Assembly: GCA_964016885.1 (NCBI GenBank)
Contig: OZ024742.1
Span: 293,136,001 to 293,200,000 of the forward strand
Reading direction: 5' to 3'
Length of the DNA: 64,000 nucleotides
Source: Eledone cirrhosa
Taxonomy: Eukaryota
Positions 1 through 13,444 of this stretch are shown here, piece after piece; position 1 is the first letter of the stretch, and every line of letters starts with the position of its first letter. The notes under the pieces are model-generated. The model searched no databases. It had not been told where the DNA came from and saw only the letters and a program-made list of their open reading frames with translations. Made by a program: the position numbers and the translations under genes.

Positions 1-435
1 CATAGAGTTTATCCTTTTGTATGAAAGTGATGTCTCTCATCGCGTCTTTCAAGACTAACTGAATTTCCGCTTGAGATGGTTGCGCTGGTTTCTTTGTTTT
101 ATTTAAAATTGTTCGGAATACGACAGTTCGTAATTCCGTCTGTCTTTTTAGCTCCGGAGGTGAATGTATAGAAAACGAACCGTTTTCGCCAAAAGACACA
201 TATTTCTTGGCTTTTTCCAGCATTTCTTTTGCTTTTGAAATATCTTCCAGCACATAAGCGACTGATAATTTAGCCGTTTGTGCAAAAGATATTTTGTTTT
301 CGTTTTGGATATTAGTATTGTTTTGTTTCTCGTCGTTTGAGTTGTTTTCATCTTTGTTGTTGTTGTTGTCTTTCTCGTTTCGTGTGTGGATACTTGTGAC
401 GTTTGTGTTGTTGTTTTTGTTGTCTTTATTGTTGC

Positions 436-466
<31 letters not shown>

Positions 467-643
467 GTTTTCAAATTCTTGTGTAGTTGTGGCTACATCT
501 AGTGGTCGGTCAACAGGTGAAGACAATTCTTCCTCTCTCTGACCTCTGCCTTTGGCATCTGCTGCTGTGACAGTGGCAGGGGGAAGCTGTGAGTATGACT
601 TCCCCTTTCCTTCTTTGATTGATGGTGAAGATGCTTCAGCCAT
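1..643 (-). mobile_element. ORF1 N-terminus of a Tx1/L1-clade non-LTR retrotransposon, running off the window start
   Basis: Open frame from ATG at 643 (MAEASSPSIKEGKGKS...TNVTSIHT...NKISFAQTAK...HSPPELKRQT...LKDAMRDITFIQKDKLY) to the window edge. It aligns motif by motif with the ORF1 remnant upstream of the Tx1 ORF2 at 47305-47931 (MAEAK...TNVTCIHT...NKISFAATVAK...HIPPQVREMT...LKDIKPDVAYLQRGKQY). Confidence 0.75.
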
Positions 644-1176
644 TTTTCTCAAAATAGGGTTTTTCGAAGTTTTTCGAAAGATAAAATGTTCACAATACTA
701 TTTCGCCCAAAGGCGCAGAATATTTTGAGAGACCGACCAGATCAAAATTTGACCTGGCAGTCCCTCTACAAAATGGTACAAAAATGAAAGTTTACAGTTT
801 ACAATTTCCGTATGAATTTAAACAAAAACTTACCGAGCGAGCTCAGCACATGTGTCCATCGTGTAGTTGATTTGACACAGTAGTTAGTATGTTGGATATT
901 TGCTTCATCTCTCTGTGTTCTGAGTTCAAATCCAGTCAATGATGATGATGATCATGATGATGATCATGATGATGATCATGATGATGAGGCTGCTAGTGTA
1001 GATGACGGTGATGATAATTACAATGAAATGGTAAATTAAAATCGAAATATCTTTTCATCTGTTAGTGATGAAATATCATATCCTTTCATCTGTTAGTGAC
1101 ATTAACATTTAGTCACAGACAGTTATTTTACTTTCACATTTAATGTTGATTAAATATGCAAATATACGCATGTATT

Positions 1177-1207
<31 letters not shown>

Positions 1208-1232
1208 TTTTACTTATATATATATATATATA

Positions 1233-1630
1233 TAAGTAAAAATTAGCAAGAATCGAATTTCAGCTCAGGAATTAACGAAAAACACTTCCGAGTTGTGTGG
1301 CAAGCACTCGATAATTCATATGAATTAGAGCTACAACTTACATTAAAGGCCAAACACACTGAGATGGTGGTTAAACTAATCATCCGCACAGCGAAAAAAC
1401 GACCGTCTAATTTGGGTCAAGCAGATATAAAAATATAAAAATATATAAAAATATATATGGTTGAAAGTTTACCCGGACCCCTGGAGAGATGGTAAAATCC
1501 AGTATTTGGGTTTCTGCGGCTCCATAAGTCATTTACTGTCCGCTTACATAAAGGATGTTAGGTTTCTGGTAGGATGACCGAACTAGGAGGACGCGTTGTC
1601 AACGGGATTCAGTTCGATAGTCTACATAAA
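1233..1630 (-). repeat. Dispersed repeat between (TA)n tracts; homologue of ~54255-54600; possibly PLE-related
   Basis: The minus strand shares TTTATGTAAGCGGAC...GGAGCCGCAGAAACCCAAATACTGGATTTTACC...CCAGGGGTCC with the plus strand at ~54320-54400. Confidence 0.6.
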
Positions 1631-1740
1631 TGTGTCTGTATATATATATATAGTTCAAAATGACAAATAAACAAACAAATGCAGGAGTCAATGGTACATA
1701 GTGTTATTAGCTTCACGCAAGGTGAAAATGGGGGGGGGGT

Positions 1741-1771
1741 TACGACGTTTCGGACATAAGTCCTTCATCAG
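1741..1771 (-). ncRNA. Hammerhead-like core (PLE pLTR type); stem I not evident
   Basis: Minus strand reads CUGAUGA-A-GGAC-UUAU-GUCC-GAAA-CGUCG-UA. The flanks do not pair to form stem I. Confidence 0.5.
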
Positions 1772-2559
1772 GAGAGTAGGGGGATGAGGAACTCCGAGAG
1801 GGAGTGAGGGGTGAGTTAACAGGAAAAACATGAAAGGATGGGAAAAATAGAAATAAAAATAAAACATGAAATCAAAATAAATAGAAACAGAATTAAACGG
1901 AATATATAAAAAAAAAACAGAATATTAAAAAATGAGAGGGGTCTATGGGTCCAGGAAGGCAAGGGTATGGTAGTGCGTAAGGGGTGGGTGGTGTTGAGAG
2001 AGAGGTGGCAGAGGAGCAAGAAAATTGGAGTCCGAGCGGGGATGGCAAAAGGTAAGGTGTGTGTGTGTGTATAGATGACAGTGTGTGTGTGTATAGATGT
2101 AAGTGTGTGTGTGTATAGATGTAAGTGTGTGTGTGTATGCATGGATGTAAGTGTAAGAGTCTGGGAGGAAAGGAGTGTATGCGATTGTGGGTTTTGAAAA
2201 ACCATTATGTGTGTTGGAGTGGAGTGTATGTCTCTGCATGTATTGTCCCTGTATGGGTGTAGGCATGTGTGTGGATGGAAAGGGTCGGATGGGGTGAGAT
2301 GAGATCATGTCAAATCCAGAGGCAGTGTGTGGTGGAGTGTGGGTGTATGTGTAGATGTGCACATGTGTGTGTGCATTTGTGTGGTTAAGAGAAGGGGATG
2401 CGTGGTATGTCTGTAGGTGATGTGAGTTCATGTGAAATGTGTTGTTGTGTGTGTGTGAAAATGGTGCAAGTGTCTGTGTATGTCTAACTTTCTGAATGGA
2501 TGTTGGTGTGTAGGTGGATGGTAAAGATCCGGATGTAAAATCGTGTAGATATCTATTGC

Positions 2560-2882
2560 AATCGAAAGGTTGTGAGTTCAATTCTTGGACCAGGTGATGT
2601 GTTGTTTCCTTGAGCAAGACATTTTATTTCACATTGCTCCAGTTTACTCAGCTGTAGAAATGAGATGTAGGTGCCACGGCAAAAAAGTACCCAGCACTCA
2701 CTGTAAATGAGGTTGGTGTTAGGAAGGGCATCCAGCTGTAGAAATCAAGCCAGAATTAAGGCCTGTATGAGCAAGACAAAGTCAGCCGACTGGACACTGC
2801 CCACAACAGGACAACCCATCTAACCCATGCTAGCGTGGAAGAACGGATGTAAAACGGTGATGATGATGATGATGATGATGAT
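2560..2882 (+). mobile_element. tRNA-derived CORE-like SINE with RTE-type 3' end and (GAT)n tail
   Basis: B-box GAGTTCAATTC, CORE-like TTGAGCAAGACATTTTATTTCACATTGCTCCAGTTTACTCAGCTGTAGAAATG, and a 3' end AACCCATGCTAGCGTGGAAGAACGGATGTAAAAC(GAT)n. Confidence 0.7.
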
Positions 2883-3633
2883 CCATGTGGTGAATTCATT
2901 GTTCCAGAGTCAAAAAATGGCAATGAGGAAGTGGAATATTGTAGTGGCGCACGCAACAGGAAATGGTCAAGATGGTCAAGTCAAAGGAATAGGAAGAGAG
3001 GGTGTCGAGGGTGATGATTGCAGGGCAATGTGTAAGAGAGAGGGAGGAAAATCTGCTCTGCAAAATATGCGTCCTCCAGTATGGTTTGCATATTTGTTGG
3101 CAAACTAACTCTATACCAAACTCCTCCTCTTCACTGAGTGCTCTGCTTACTACATATATTACCTCCTGGTTTTTTTACCACATATATATATACATCGTCA
3201 TTGTTTATACATCTGTTTTTCCATGCTTGTATGGGTTGCACGGGTCCTTCTCAACAGGGCATCTCTCCACTTGTTGCTTTCTTTTGTATCTCCTCTGTGA
3301 GTCTCAGTGATTTGAGGTCAGCTCTCACAACCTCAAATCACTGTGTTGGTGTTGTTGGTATTGTGTATTCTAATTTTTTGTGTATGGGCCCACCACCCCA
3401 AACCTGAAGTGCCCCAGGCTCCCCAACGGCTAAATCCGGCCCAGCTGACGGGCTCCAGTTCAACCATTTATGAATGTGAACCTTACAGTTAAACTCTTTT
3501 GATACCAAACTGCCTAAAACCATTCATGGTTCTATGAAACAAAACTGCTTATTTTAAAGTGTTTATATTTATCTAAAAATCTTACATCATAATTTTTGTA
3601 AGAACCTTTGTTATGTTAATGAGACAGTAAATT

Positions 3634-5850
3634 CATCATCATCATCATCGTTTAACGTCTATCTTCCACGCTAGCATGGGTTTAGACGGGAATTGTTCCA
3701 CTTGAGGCAAGATTGGTTGTCTTGCTCGTATAGGACTCTCTGGCAGGTTTTCTATGGCTGGATGCCCTTCCTAGCACCAACCACGTTTACAGTGTGGACT
3801 GAGAGGTTTTTACTGGGTTACCCACACGGCCACATTGGACTGTGTGTTTTTTTGTCATGACACCTACACAACCTCATTTATTTAGGACTGGATGTTGTGG
3901 TACCAACATAACTTTACTACGAAAGGGTGGTGTAGATGGGATGGGAGTAGTGGTAGTGGGATGGGAATGTATTTTTGGTTAAGAGGTGCCTACTGACTGT
4001 AGGTTTCGCTTTGTACTTAGGCAAGGCGAGTCTTCTGTATTACTGCGTAGCGCCAAAGATCTCGGTCCAGTGACATTGTCTTGGAGAGGTGTAAATGTGT
4101 AAGGTCGGAATTTATCAAATCCTCCCAGGTTTTTCTGGGTTTCCCTACTCCGTAGCTTCCATCTATTTTGATCGCCCTGCCCTTTTTTATACAGCTGTCA
4201 CGTGACCATACCAACGTAGTCTTCTCTCGAGTAAACAGCATCTGATCCCTCTTATTCCTAATTTCTCACTTAGTTCATTTATGCTTTGCTGTTCACGTAT
4301 ATTACTATTACACATCCAACGGTGCATGCAAGCTTCGTTCTTCTCCAGTCTGTGCAGATCCTCTGCACACAATGCCCAGGTTTCACTGCCATGTAACATT
4401 GTTGTTCGTATGCAGGCATCATACAGTCTGCTTTTCATTTTTAGAGAGAAACATTTAGCGACCAATAGTGGTATAAGCTCTCTGAACTTTTTCCATCCCG
4501 TTCTGACTCTAGCTACTGTACTTTCAGAGCACCCTCCACCACTGCTGATTTTGTCACCCAGGTAACGGAAGGTGTCCACTATTTCTATAGAACCATCTGA
4601 GCAATGAAAGGAGCTAGTATCCTGTGGGCACTTGCTGCTACTTATTGCACCAGAGCACCGGCCACATATAAAATCTATGTTCTTAGTTAGCTTACCTGTG
4701 ATCCCACTACATCTTTTATGCACCCATACTTTGCATTTGGGCATAAAAGGAAGTTTCTGCCTACTCCTTTCCTACACACTGAGCATGGCCATTTCCCAGA
4801 GGGGACCAGTGCCCTATTTTCCTTCCTACAAACTAGAACTTTAGTCTTAGACAAGTTAATTTTAAGGCCCTTTGATTCTAGGCCATGCTTCCATGTTTGG
4901 AATTTCTTCTCTAGTTCAGCCATTGATTAAGCTATGAGCATTAGATCATCTGCGTATAGAAGTTCCCATGGGCAGCCGGTCTTGAACTCCTCTGTTATAG
5001 CCTGAAGGGCAATAATAAATAGTAGGGGGCTAAGAAAGGAGCCCTGATGAACACCAACTTTTACGCTAAATTCTTCACAATATTCATTGTTAATTCTAAC
5101 CTTACTGACTGTTTCATTATACATAGCTTGTATAGCTCTCACAAGCCATTCATCTACACCTAGTTTTCTAAGAGCCCACCAGATAATGGAGCGGGAGACT
5201 CTGTCAAAGGCTTTCTCTAGGTCTACAAAAACTAAGTAGAGGGGTTTACTTTTAGCTAGGTACTTCTCTTGTAGTTGTCGAACAAGGAAAAGAGCATCTG
5301 TGGTACTTTTACCTGACACAAACCCAAACTGCATTTCATCTAGATCAATTCGCTCTCTGATTAGTTGCGCTATAACTCTTTCTGTGACCTTCATGACCTG
5401 GTCAAATAACTTAATGCCTCTATAGTTTCCCCTATCTAGAGCATCCTCTTTACCCTTGTAGCAGTTAATGATGATGCTGCTACACCAGTCTTTCGGTTTG
5501 ACCCCATTCTGTATTACTTAGTTAACTATACGGGTGACCATAGTGTATCCCACCATTCCAGATGCTTTCAGCATTTCAGCAACTATTTCCGAAGGCCCAG
5601 CCGCCTTACCCGTCTTCATATCTTTGATTGCCTTACTTATTATACTACCTTCAACTTGAACTGCTGGTCCCTCTATTGGATCGATGTGGGGAAAACTATC
5701 TTTGTCCCATTTATTCTCCTCATTTAGTAGCCTCTCGTAGTGACACTTCCAAGCTACCTTCTTATCAGCATCAGTGAGGGCAAGTACACCATCATCATTA
5801 CGGACACACTTCTCCCTGACAATATCACGGTTTTCCTTGACACATTGAAT
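3634..5850 (-). mobile_element. 5'-truncated RTE-clade LINE, disrupted RT ORF, ~380-bp 3'UTR, (GAT)n tail
   Basis: ORF pieces 5518-5889, 4927-5394 (QFGF, FVDLEKAFDRV, GVHQGS, LLYADD), 4687-4923, 4187-4744 (Cys-rich insert, FRYLG, HGSETW, RRLRWYGHV) and 4017-4241. The (CAT)n tail is at 3634-3650. Confidence 0.93.
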
Positions 5851-6469
5851 TATATTATTAAATCGCTCTAAATTCTTGAATATTTTCAAAATCCTTTGAA
5901 TTGTAGGCAGTGTCTTTCATTAAAAATATGGTAATGAAACAGTCAAAGTGATTATATTTTTTATCTAAAAACCTTCCATCATAATTCTATGTCAGAACAT
6001 TCAAGTTATGCTCCAAACACCAGCTTAATAATGATTATTTAAAAAAAAATTTTGAAAACCACAGGCAGTGTCTTTCATTAGATAGAAGTATGTTAACGAA
6101 AAGATTAAAACTGGAGGTTTTGTATCATAGAACCTGGCTCAGTCTCAGGTGAGCTGCTGTTGAAAGGATTATGATGGCAGCAATAGATACTAGAGTGAAG
6201 ATTAAGTACCTACTATTTTTATATTCCTAGTTTCTTTATATTCTAGATTGAAATCCCCCATGAGTCAATTTTGGCATACATCATTTTGTCTTGTTGGAGG
6301 CTGGCTATTAAAAACAACAACAAGTACCAGTAAACTACTGGGATCAATTTAAAGGACTAATCTCTTCTTCACCAGCATATTTTGGCAAGGGATTAGAAAT
6401 CCATATTTAGAGGAACCATTTGTAGATTCCACTTCTACCATTTCTTTTTCTCCTTGATGACGTATATCA

Positions 6470-6705
6470 GTACCATCATCATCATCATCACCACCAGCAG
6501 CATATTCCTCACCAGCAGCAGCAGTAGCTGTAACGGTAGCAACAGTAGCAGCAGCAGCAGCAAAACAACAACAATAACAACAACAACAGCAGCAGTAGCA
6601 GCAGCAACAACAACAACAATAATAACAACAACAACAACAGCAGCAACAACAATAACAGTAGCAGCAACAACAGCAGTAACAGTAGCAGCACCAGCAATAG
6701 CAGTA
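6470..6705. repeat. Compound (CAT)/(CAG)/(CAA) trinucleotide microsatellite
   Basis: Direct inspection. Confidence 0.9.
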
Positions 6706-6999
6706 TATTTACATTATCTACACAAATAAACTTTAATGTAAATATTAAAAAGGAGAATTAATATTTAATGTTCCACCAAAATATGTTTAATATTCCACGT
6801 TAAATAAATATATTTAATATTTCACCAAAATTTATTAAATGTTTCACATAAATATATTTAATGTTTCTTGGTATTGTTGGGTTTCTCATATAGTATGGAG
6901 TAGATATCAATTGATTTGGATGATGTGTGCTGTTGTTGTTTGATTAATGTATACCCTGCTTGTGAAATTAATGTCTACTATTAACATAATTCTCAGGGA

Positions 7000-7265
7000 G
7001 ATTCATCATCCGGCGGCCTCAGCCGAAATCGACTCAGCAATTGATTTCCATGTGGGTCTGTCATTCATTGCCGCTGCCAAATCCTGGATTTCAATACTAG
7101 AATCTCTAGAGAAGACATCAGGATAGGAGAGCTTGTTCCCCCTGTTATTAGTGACTGCTTGTGGTTTCCAAAGCACTAATGGGGACACAGTCTCATAGGT
7201 GGCACGATGGCAGTGGCCAGCAAATTTTACTCTTACTGTACGTAAAAGGAGAGTAAGATCTGCAG
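7000..7265 (-). mobile_element. 3' fragment of a divergent RTE-like LINE
   Basis: RVKFAGHCHRA...PLVLWKP...SYPDVFSRD...AAMNDRPTWK resembles an RTE-group C-terminus and ends in TGATGA. Confidence 0.65.
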
Positions 7266-7955
7266 GGAGATTCAGCAAGATACAGTGTGTGACTAGGCTG
7301 GCCCTTTGAATTATAGGTACGGTCCATATTGTGATATAATGGATAAGGCTGAGTATTCCATTGACATATGTACACTTAACATAATTCTCACTTGTGACTA
7401 CCTTCTTCTCTATGCTGTTGGCAGTCATTCCTACCCATCTTACTCATCACCCATCAAATCCCACCACACCTAACATACATGCATAACATCATGCTTATCT
7501 TCCTTCTCCCTTGAGCTGAGTGGGCCCTTCAATCGGGACAATAACTGACAACCTCTCTAGTGCTGGCAGCACGAAAATGCACCTAGTACACTCTGTAAAG
7601 TGGTTGGTGATAGGAAACCTACCCCTCTATAAAAACTATGCCAAAAAGGGTCAAGAAGATTCTCTAGGTGTGTTAAAAGCATAACAACCTCTTTAGTGTT
7701 GGTGATCTACATGATAAATGCACCCAATACATGTTGTAATGGGGTTGATAAAAAGCTAGCCAAACAAAGGGTTGGGAGAACCCTTCAGTTATGTCAAAGA
7801 CACGATAGTCTCCCTAGTGATGGTGTTATGATATAATGTACTCAGTAGAGTGCAAGATTATTAGTAGCCCTGCTTGAGGACTGGCTGTGAAGACATGTCC
7901 AATTCTTGCTAGCAGGAAAACAGATGTTAAATGATGATGATGATGATTTTATATA

Positions 7956-8016
<61 letters not shown>

Positions 8017-8023
8017 ATATATT

Positions 8024-8064
<41 letters not shown>

Positions 8065-8119
8065 ATTTATTTTCAAATATGAAAACAGTTATAATTTGCA
8101 ATGTTTGGTTTTATTTTCA

Positions 8120-8165
<46 letters not shown>

Positions 8166-8647
8166 ATATATATATATATATGCACACTCTCACCCATCTA
8201 TGATTACATACAACCCATATGCAGGTATATTTACATATTTACACATACACAGCTACACTGTGTACTACAAAGATGTATACACAGGCATATAATACATATT
8301 TAACTCAATGTACTTTTGAATCTGTAGTAAAACCTTAAAAATATGAATTTCCTTGAAATAGATTAAATTTGGCCAGTTAATGTTTTCTTATTATATGTGA
8401 GTGATGTCTGTTGAGTCAGGAGATCAATTTCTTCTAATCGATTGGTATTCTCTATGATAAAGGTTATCTTACAGTGACTCACCAGCCTAAAATATCAATG
8501 GTAGTACTATCATATCTCCTAATATACTTTTTAGTGTCTTTCTAAATTGGTAATATTGCAGCAGGCAAAGCCAGTGTTTGTGGTTATTTAGTGCCATAGA
8601 CTAGCTCTACAATGTAAACCAGCTCCAAAATTCAGGTTAGCTTTGGT

Positions 8648-9072
8648 TTAACCCTTTAGCATTCACATTACTCTATATATACTATTATATTTTCGCAGTA
8701 AAAGCTTTACCTCACACAATTATCTCACATAATATTGAATCTATGAGATTTTGATATTATTTATTTTGAGAACAATACCTTAACATCAGTATGAGTAGCC
8801 GGTTACAGCCAGTTTGAACAGGAAGAGATGAGAGAATTCTGACTGGATATGGCCCGTTTAAATATTAAAGGGTTGAACTGGCCATATCTGGCTAGAATTC
8901 TCTCACCTCCTTTTGTTCAAACCGGCTGTAACCGGCTGCTCATACTGATGTTAAGGTATTGTTCTCAAAATAAATAATATCAAAATCTCATAGATTCAAT
9001 ATTATATGAGATAAAGTGTTTACCGTGAAAATATAATAGTAAATGTAAATAATGTAAATACTAAAGGGTTAA
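8648..9072. mobile_element. Inverted dimer of ~225-bp TTAA/piggyBac-type MITE (family A)
   Basis: TTAA-CCCTTTAGCATT at 8648, first copy ends TAAAGGG at 8872, and an inverted copy follows directly and ends CTAAAGGG-TTAA at 9072. Confidence 0.8.
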
Positions 9073-10437
9073 AGATACCTTATTCCCTTTCTTTTACCTG
9101 GCTTCTAACCCTTTTGTGACCATATTTCTAATGAAATACACATTTCAATTAATCAATGAAGAATATTGTGGAAGTTACTAAAATGATTGATTATTTCATT
9201 ACTAAAATAGTAACTTAACATATGGTGCTTATATAAAATCATGTTAGATTTTAATTTAAACAAGAACCTTTTAACTGTTTCTTGATTCTGCTTCTAATCA
9301 AATACACTCTATTTCAATCATTTAGTGAATAATTTTTAGGGATTTACTAAAATTATTACTTATTTCATTGCTGAGATAGAATAAGCAGGGGTGGAGGGTG
9401 TAAAATCGATATTTTTTATACATTGTCTCCATTGATTTTTTTAAAAACCAGAATTAGTCGTTTAGTTTACATATTGAGACTGCAATTCATCCTATTTATT
9501 TTATAATGTATGGGATTTCTTGTAATGTTCTGTTTTTGTCATGTATAATGTTTTTTTTATGTATAAAGAAAATTAATTTTCACAGGAATGCTACCACTTA
9601 AAATAAAATTTTGCCAGGACCCTTGGCCATTGGCTATAGCTCACTCTTTTAGTATAGTGTCCATATAACATCTGCCAGAGCAAAAGCATTAGAATGATAA
9701 TAATAACAATAATAATATAAAAAATAAACTGATAATAAATTACCACAATAACAACAATATTGATGATGATGATGAATGGCAGTAGCAAAAATAATTATTT
9801 TGTTTTTCTCATTAATATCTTTATGGTGGTCTTCCTCATCTTTTTGTGATCTTTATTTCCCAGTTAATCACTGCTTATAATATGCTGCTATTGTTTATGT
9901 GTAAGAAGCATAAAGTTATGAGGAACAAGAGGAGGGAAACTAAGACAACACAAGTCTCATTCTAATTTATCATTTGAACTATTCACCCCTTCTTTATAAT
10001 ACACCAAAATTGATTGATTTCTTTATCTGCCTCTTGGTTTCAGCTATACTTTTTTTTAAATGTATTATCTTTTTTAATTAGCAATAGTCCCAACACAGAG
10101 TGCTTCAAATTAAAAGCATATAAAGAAACAGAAAAAGGGAAGGAGTCAATCATCAGATCAGATTAACCCTTTCATTACCACATTTTTAAAGAAATACGAT
10201 ATATTTCAATTAATTAATGAAGAATTTCAAGGCATTTACTAAAATTATTAATTATTTTGTTACTAAGATAGTAATTTAATGTAAGATTCTTATGTAAAAT
10301 TATATTGAAAGATTTTAATTTAGATTGAAAACTTAAAATGGTTTTGTCATAGAACCAGAGCCAGTTTTGGCCAGGTTGGTAAGATAGTAACTTATATAAA
10401 GTTATGTTGGATGATTTTGTTTTAAATTGGAAACCTT

Positions 10438-10477
<40 letters not shown>

Positions 10478-11043
10478 GGCGGTGGCAGCAGCAGTGATGA
10501 TGATGATATAGTGGTGTAAAGTAATATGTTCTGTATTATTCTTTAGATTTTAGATTCTCAAACTCTATGCTCGAACAGCAGCACTAAACCATCAGTGCAC
10601 ACTATGAACATTTTTCAAAAAAATCTATTGTATTGGCAGGAAATGAGAAACTTATGACAAATTCTGTGATCTCTTTAAACAGTGTTAACATCTTTGGGGC
10701 AAAAATCACTCAGGATGTAAATATATGAAAAATCTATTGATTTTGTAATTATTCAACAGGAAAAATCTAAATAGTGTTCCCAGCTGCCATATTGCTCTAT
10801 TGATACATACCTTATTAGTGCAGTTTTCCTGGAGTGGATTCTGAAAAAAATATTCTTGTGTTCCATAAGATTTTCCAATACTTTTGATAACAAATCTTGA
10901 TTCTATGATTTTTTTTTTTAATAATCAAGTATTTAGAAGGATTTAGTAATATAACTAATTTTCTCATTATCAAACTGGTATTTGGAACATAATTTAACAA
11001 CAATTCTTAACTTGAATTATAATGTAAGTTTTTGTAAAATAAA

Positions 11044-11258
11044 TATTGTTTATACTTTAGGCACAAGGTCAGCAATTTGAAGGGCAGGGAAAGTCGATTA
11101 AATCAACTCCAGTGCATTACTGGTGCTTTATTTTATCAACCCTGTAAGGATGAAAGGCAAAGCAAACCTCAGTAGGATTTGAAATCAGAACGTAAAGGGC
11201 CGTAACTCTATGCTGCAAAGCATGGTGTCCAACGCTCTATCGATACTGCCAATCCACC
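11044..11258 (-). mobile_element. tRNA-derived Nin/Deu-domain SINE
   Basis: Reverse complement of GTGGATTGGCAGTATC...TTCAAATCC...TTTGCCTTTCATCCTTAC...GATAAAATAAAG.ACCAGTAATGCACTGG...TTGTGCCTAAAGTA; more than 10 copies in the window. Confidence 0.8.
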
Positions 11259-12194
11259 AAAGGTAGTTTCAGAGAGTTTGCTATCAAAAGGTTTAAATTA
11301 ATTTAATATATGGCCCTGAAAGAAGACAAACAGAAAAGTTGAAGTAAATATGACTGAAGAGGAGACAGAGGGCAAAAGTCATCAATAAGGTCGCAATCAG
11401 TGATGAAAGGATTTTGCTGATTGATTATTTAGTAGATAGATTAATTACCTGATCAATAAAACTGAAGGGAAATTCAACAGGTGCATGTGTTTTGATTAGC
11501 AGCATGTCTCAAGTCTGTTTCAAGCTAAGTGGCTCGTCAGGCCAGTGCTTATCCTGGTTTTGTGGTGTGAAGCAACTGAGAGTACAAGACTACCCCCTTG
11601 AAGGGATGCTAGTCCATTATAGGGTTAAGCCCCTAGCTATTGCTGGTATTCATTTCCAGCTGAGTACACCAATTGAAATGAAGTGTTTCATTCAAGAACA
11701 CAACATGCGAACCAACCCAGGAATCAAACCCACAATACCCTTCTCACTAGACCATGCACCTCCACATGACCTTCATAAAATACAGTAAATGTTTCAACAC
11801 ATGATTTTACCTTAAGAATCTTGCAAAATTAATACAAAAAATAAATAAATTTCACAAAAACAGAAATAAATGAATAAAACATATTTTTAGGAAAAACAAC
11901 CCATGAGAAAAATATTTTATATATCACCTGAACAACAAATTTTTAAATGATCTGATGATGATTTAAAAATGTAGAACATGTAGCAGCACAACTAAGGCAG
12001 GTTGAAGTTCTACATAAACCATTTAGTTGAAGATACTGTGAAGAAGTTCAAAAGATTATCTTTGATTCTTTGCTGTAAGGGGGGAAAGAATCAAAGGTTA
12101 AAACTGACAGATCTGGATCTCCATTTTACATCAAACATCTTTCATAGCTGCATGCTTTCCAACTGTTCAATGTTAGCATATGAATACTATATAT

Positions 12195-12631
12195 TTAACC
12201 CTTTTGCTATCAAAATACCTGAACAGCTCTTCCCTGTTTGTTTTAGAGTGTTTATATTTATCTAAAAATCTTCCATCATAATTTCATGTCATAAAGAAAA
12301 AGTTAGATAATTCTTGATTATTTTCACAATGATTTGAAAATTATAAGCAGTGTCTTTCATTAGAAATATGGAAATGAAAGTGTTAACTCCTTTGATACCA
12401 AACCACCCAAAACTGTGTTCAGTTCTGTGATACAAAACTGTTTGTTTTAAAGTGATTATATTTATCTAAAAACCTTCTATCATAACTTTATGTTAGAACC
12501 TTTATTCCAAACACCATTGTAATAATGAGTAAGTTATTTTACTAAATCTTTCCAAATTCTTGATTATTTTCAAAATTAACTGAAAATCATGGGCAGTGTT
12601 TTTATTAGAAATATGGTAATGAAAGGGTTAA
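12195..12631. mobile_element. Two tandem TTAA-flanked MITEs (family B, ~190-250 bp)
   Basis: TTAA-CCCTTTTGCTATC at 12195, a shared TTAA at 12383-12386, and an end ATGGTAATGAAAGGG-TTAA at 12631. Many decayed copies occur at ~3490, 5860-6150, 10163, 15300-15600, 20480, 22175-22640, 28460 and 35180. Confidence 0.7.
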
Positions 12632-13259
12632 AATCATTGTATCTGTGTTTCTTTATAAAGTATGATATTATAAAGATACTTCTGCAAGATCTCATACAGT
12701 GGGATCAAACTCAGGACTTCATGACTGCAAGACAAACATCTTAACTACTCAACCATTCCTGTGTAGAGACTAACTCTATGCCATGCCATAGCACATAACA
12801 CCTGATAGAGTCATAGGGGTACCCTCAGTACATATCTTGGCACTTACACTTGGCAGAGTCCATCCTTCTCCCGGTCTGAACACAGCCACCAATTTCTACC
12901 AGGGAAAGAGAGAGAAGTGGGGAGAAGAAGTGAAAAAGAGACATAGAGGAAGAATCAACCCTAGTACTGCACTGGTATTTTATTTATCAACCTCAAAAGG
13001 ATGAAAGGCAAAGTTGATCTCCACAGGATATAAACTCAGAACACTAAGGACCAGAATAAATATCACGGCACATTCTATCTGACATTTTGATGACTCTGCC
13101 AATTTGCAGCCTATCCTAACTATAAAGAAATGTAAAAAAAGAAAAATCCACTGAGTGACACCAGAAAATTAGATAAATTGATAATTTAATTATAAAAGGT
13201 CACTAGCTACATATGTATGTAATAAAAAAAATGTGGATTTAATTATTTACCACATATAT

Positions 13260-13444
13260 AATTGTTTCTACTTTAGGTACAAGGCCATCAATTACCCAGT
13301 GCATTACTGATACTATATTTTATCGACCCCGTAAGGATGAAAGGCAAAGTCAACCTCGGCGGGATTTGAACTCAGATCATAAAGGGCCGTAACTCTATGC
13401 TGCAAAACATGGCGTCCGACGCCCTACTGATACTGCCAATCCAC
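13260..13444 (-). mobile_element. Nin/Deu-domain SINE
   Basis: Near-consensus full copy with A/B boxes and the CCTTTCATCCTTACGGGGTCGATAAAAT domain. Confidence 0.85.

Noticed and set aside
1816-2617. His/Thr-rich ORFs as a gene or PLE GIY-YIG domain
   Set aside because: Low-complexity (GT)-rich sequence; I could not read any GIY-YIG or RT motif.
11927-12073. Minus-strand exon-like segment with good acceptor and donor
   Set aside because: Stops in all three frames and no partner exons; unsupported without transcripts.
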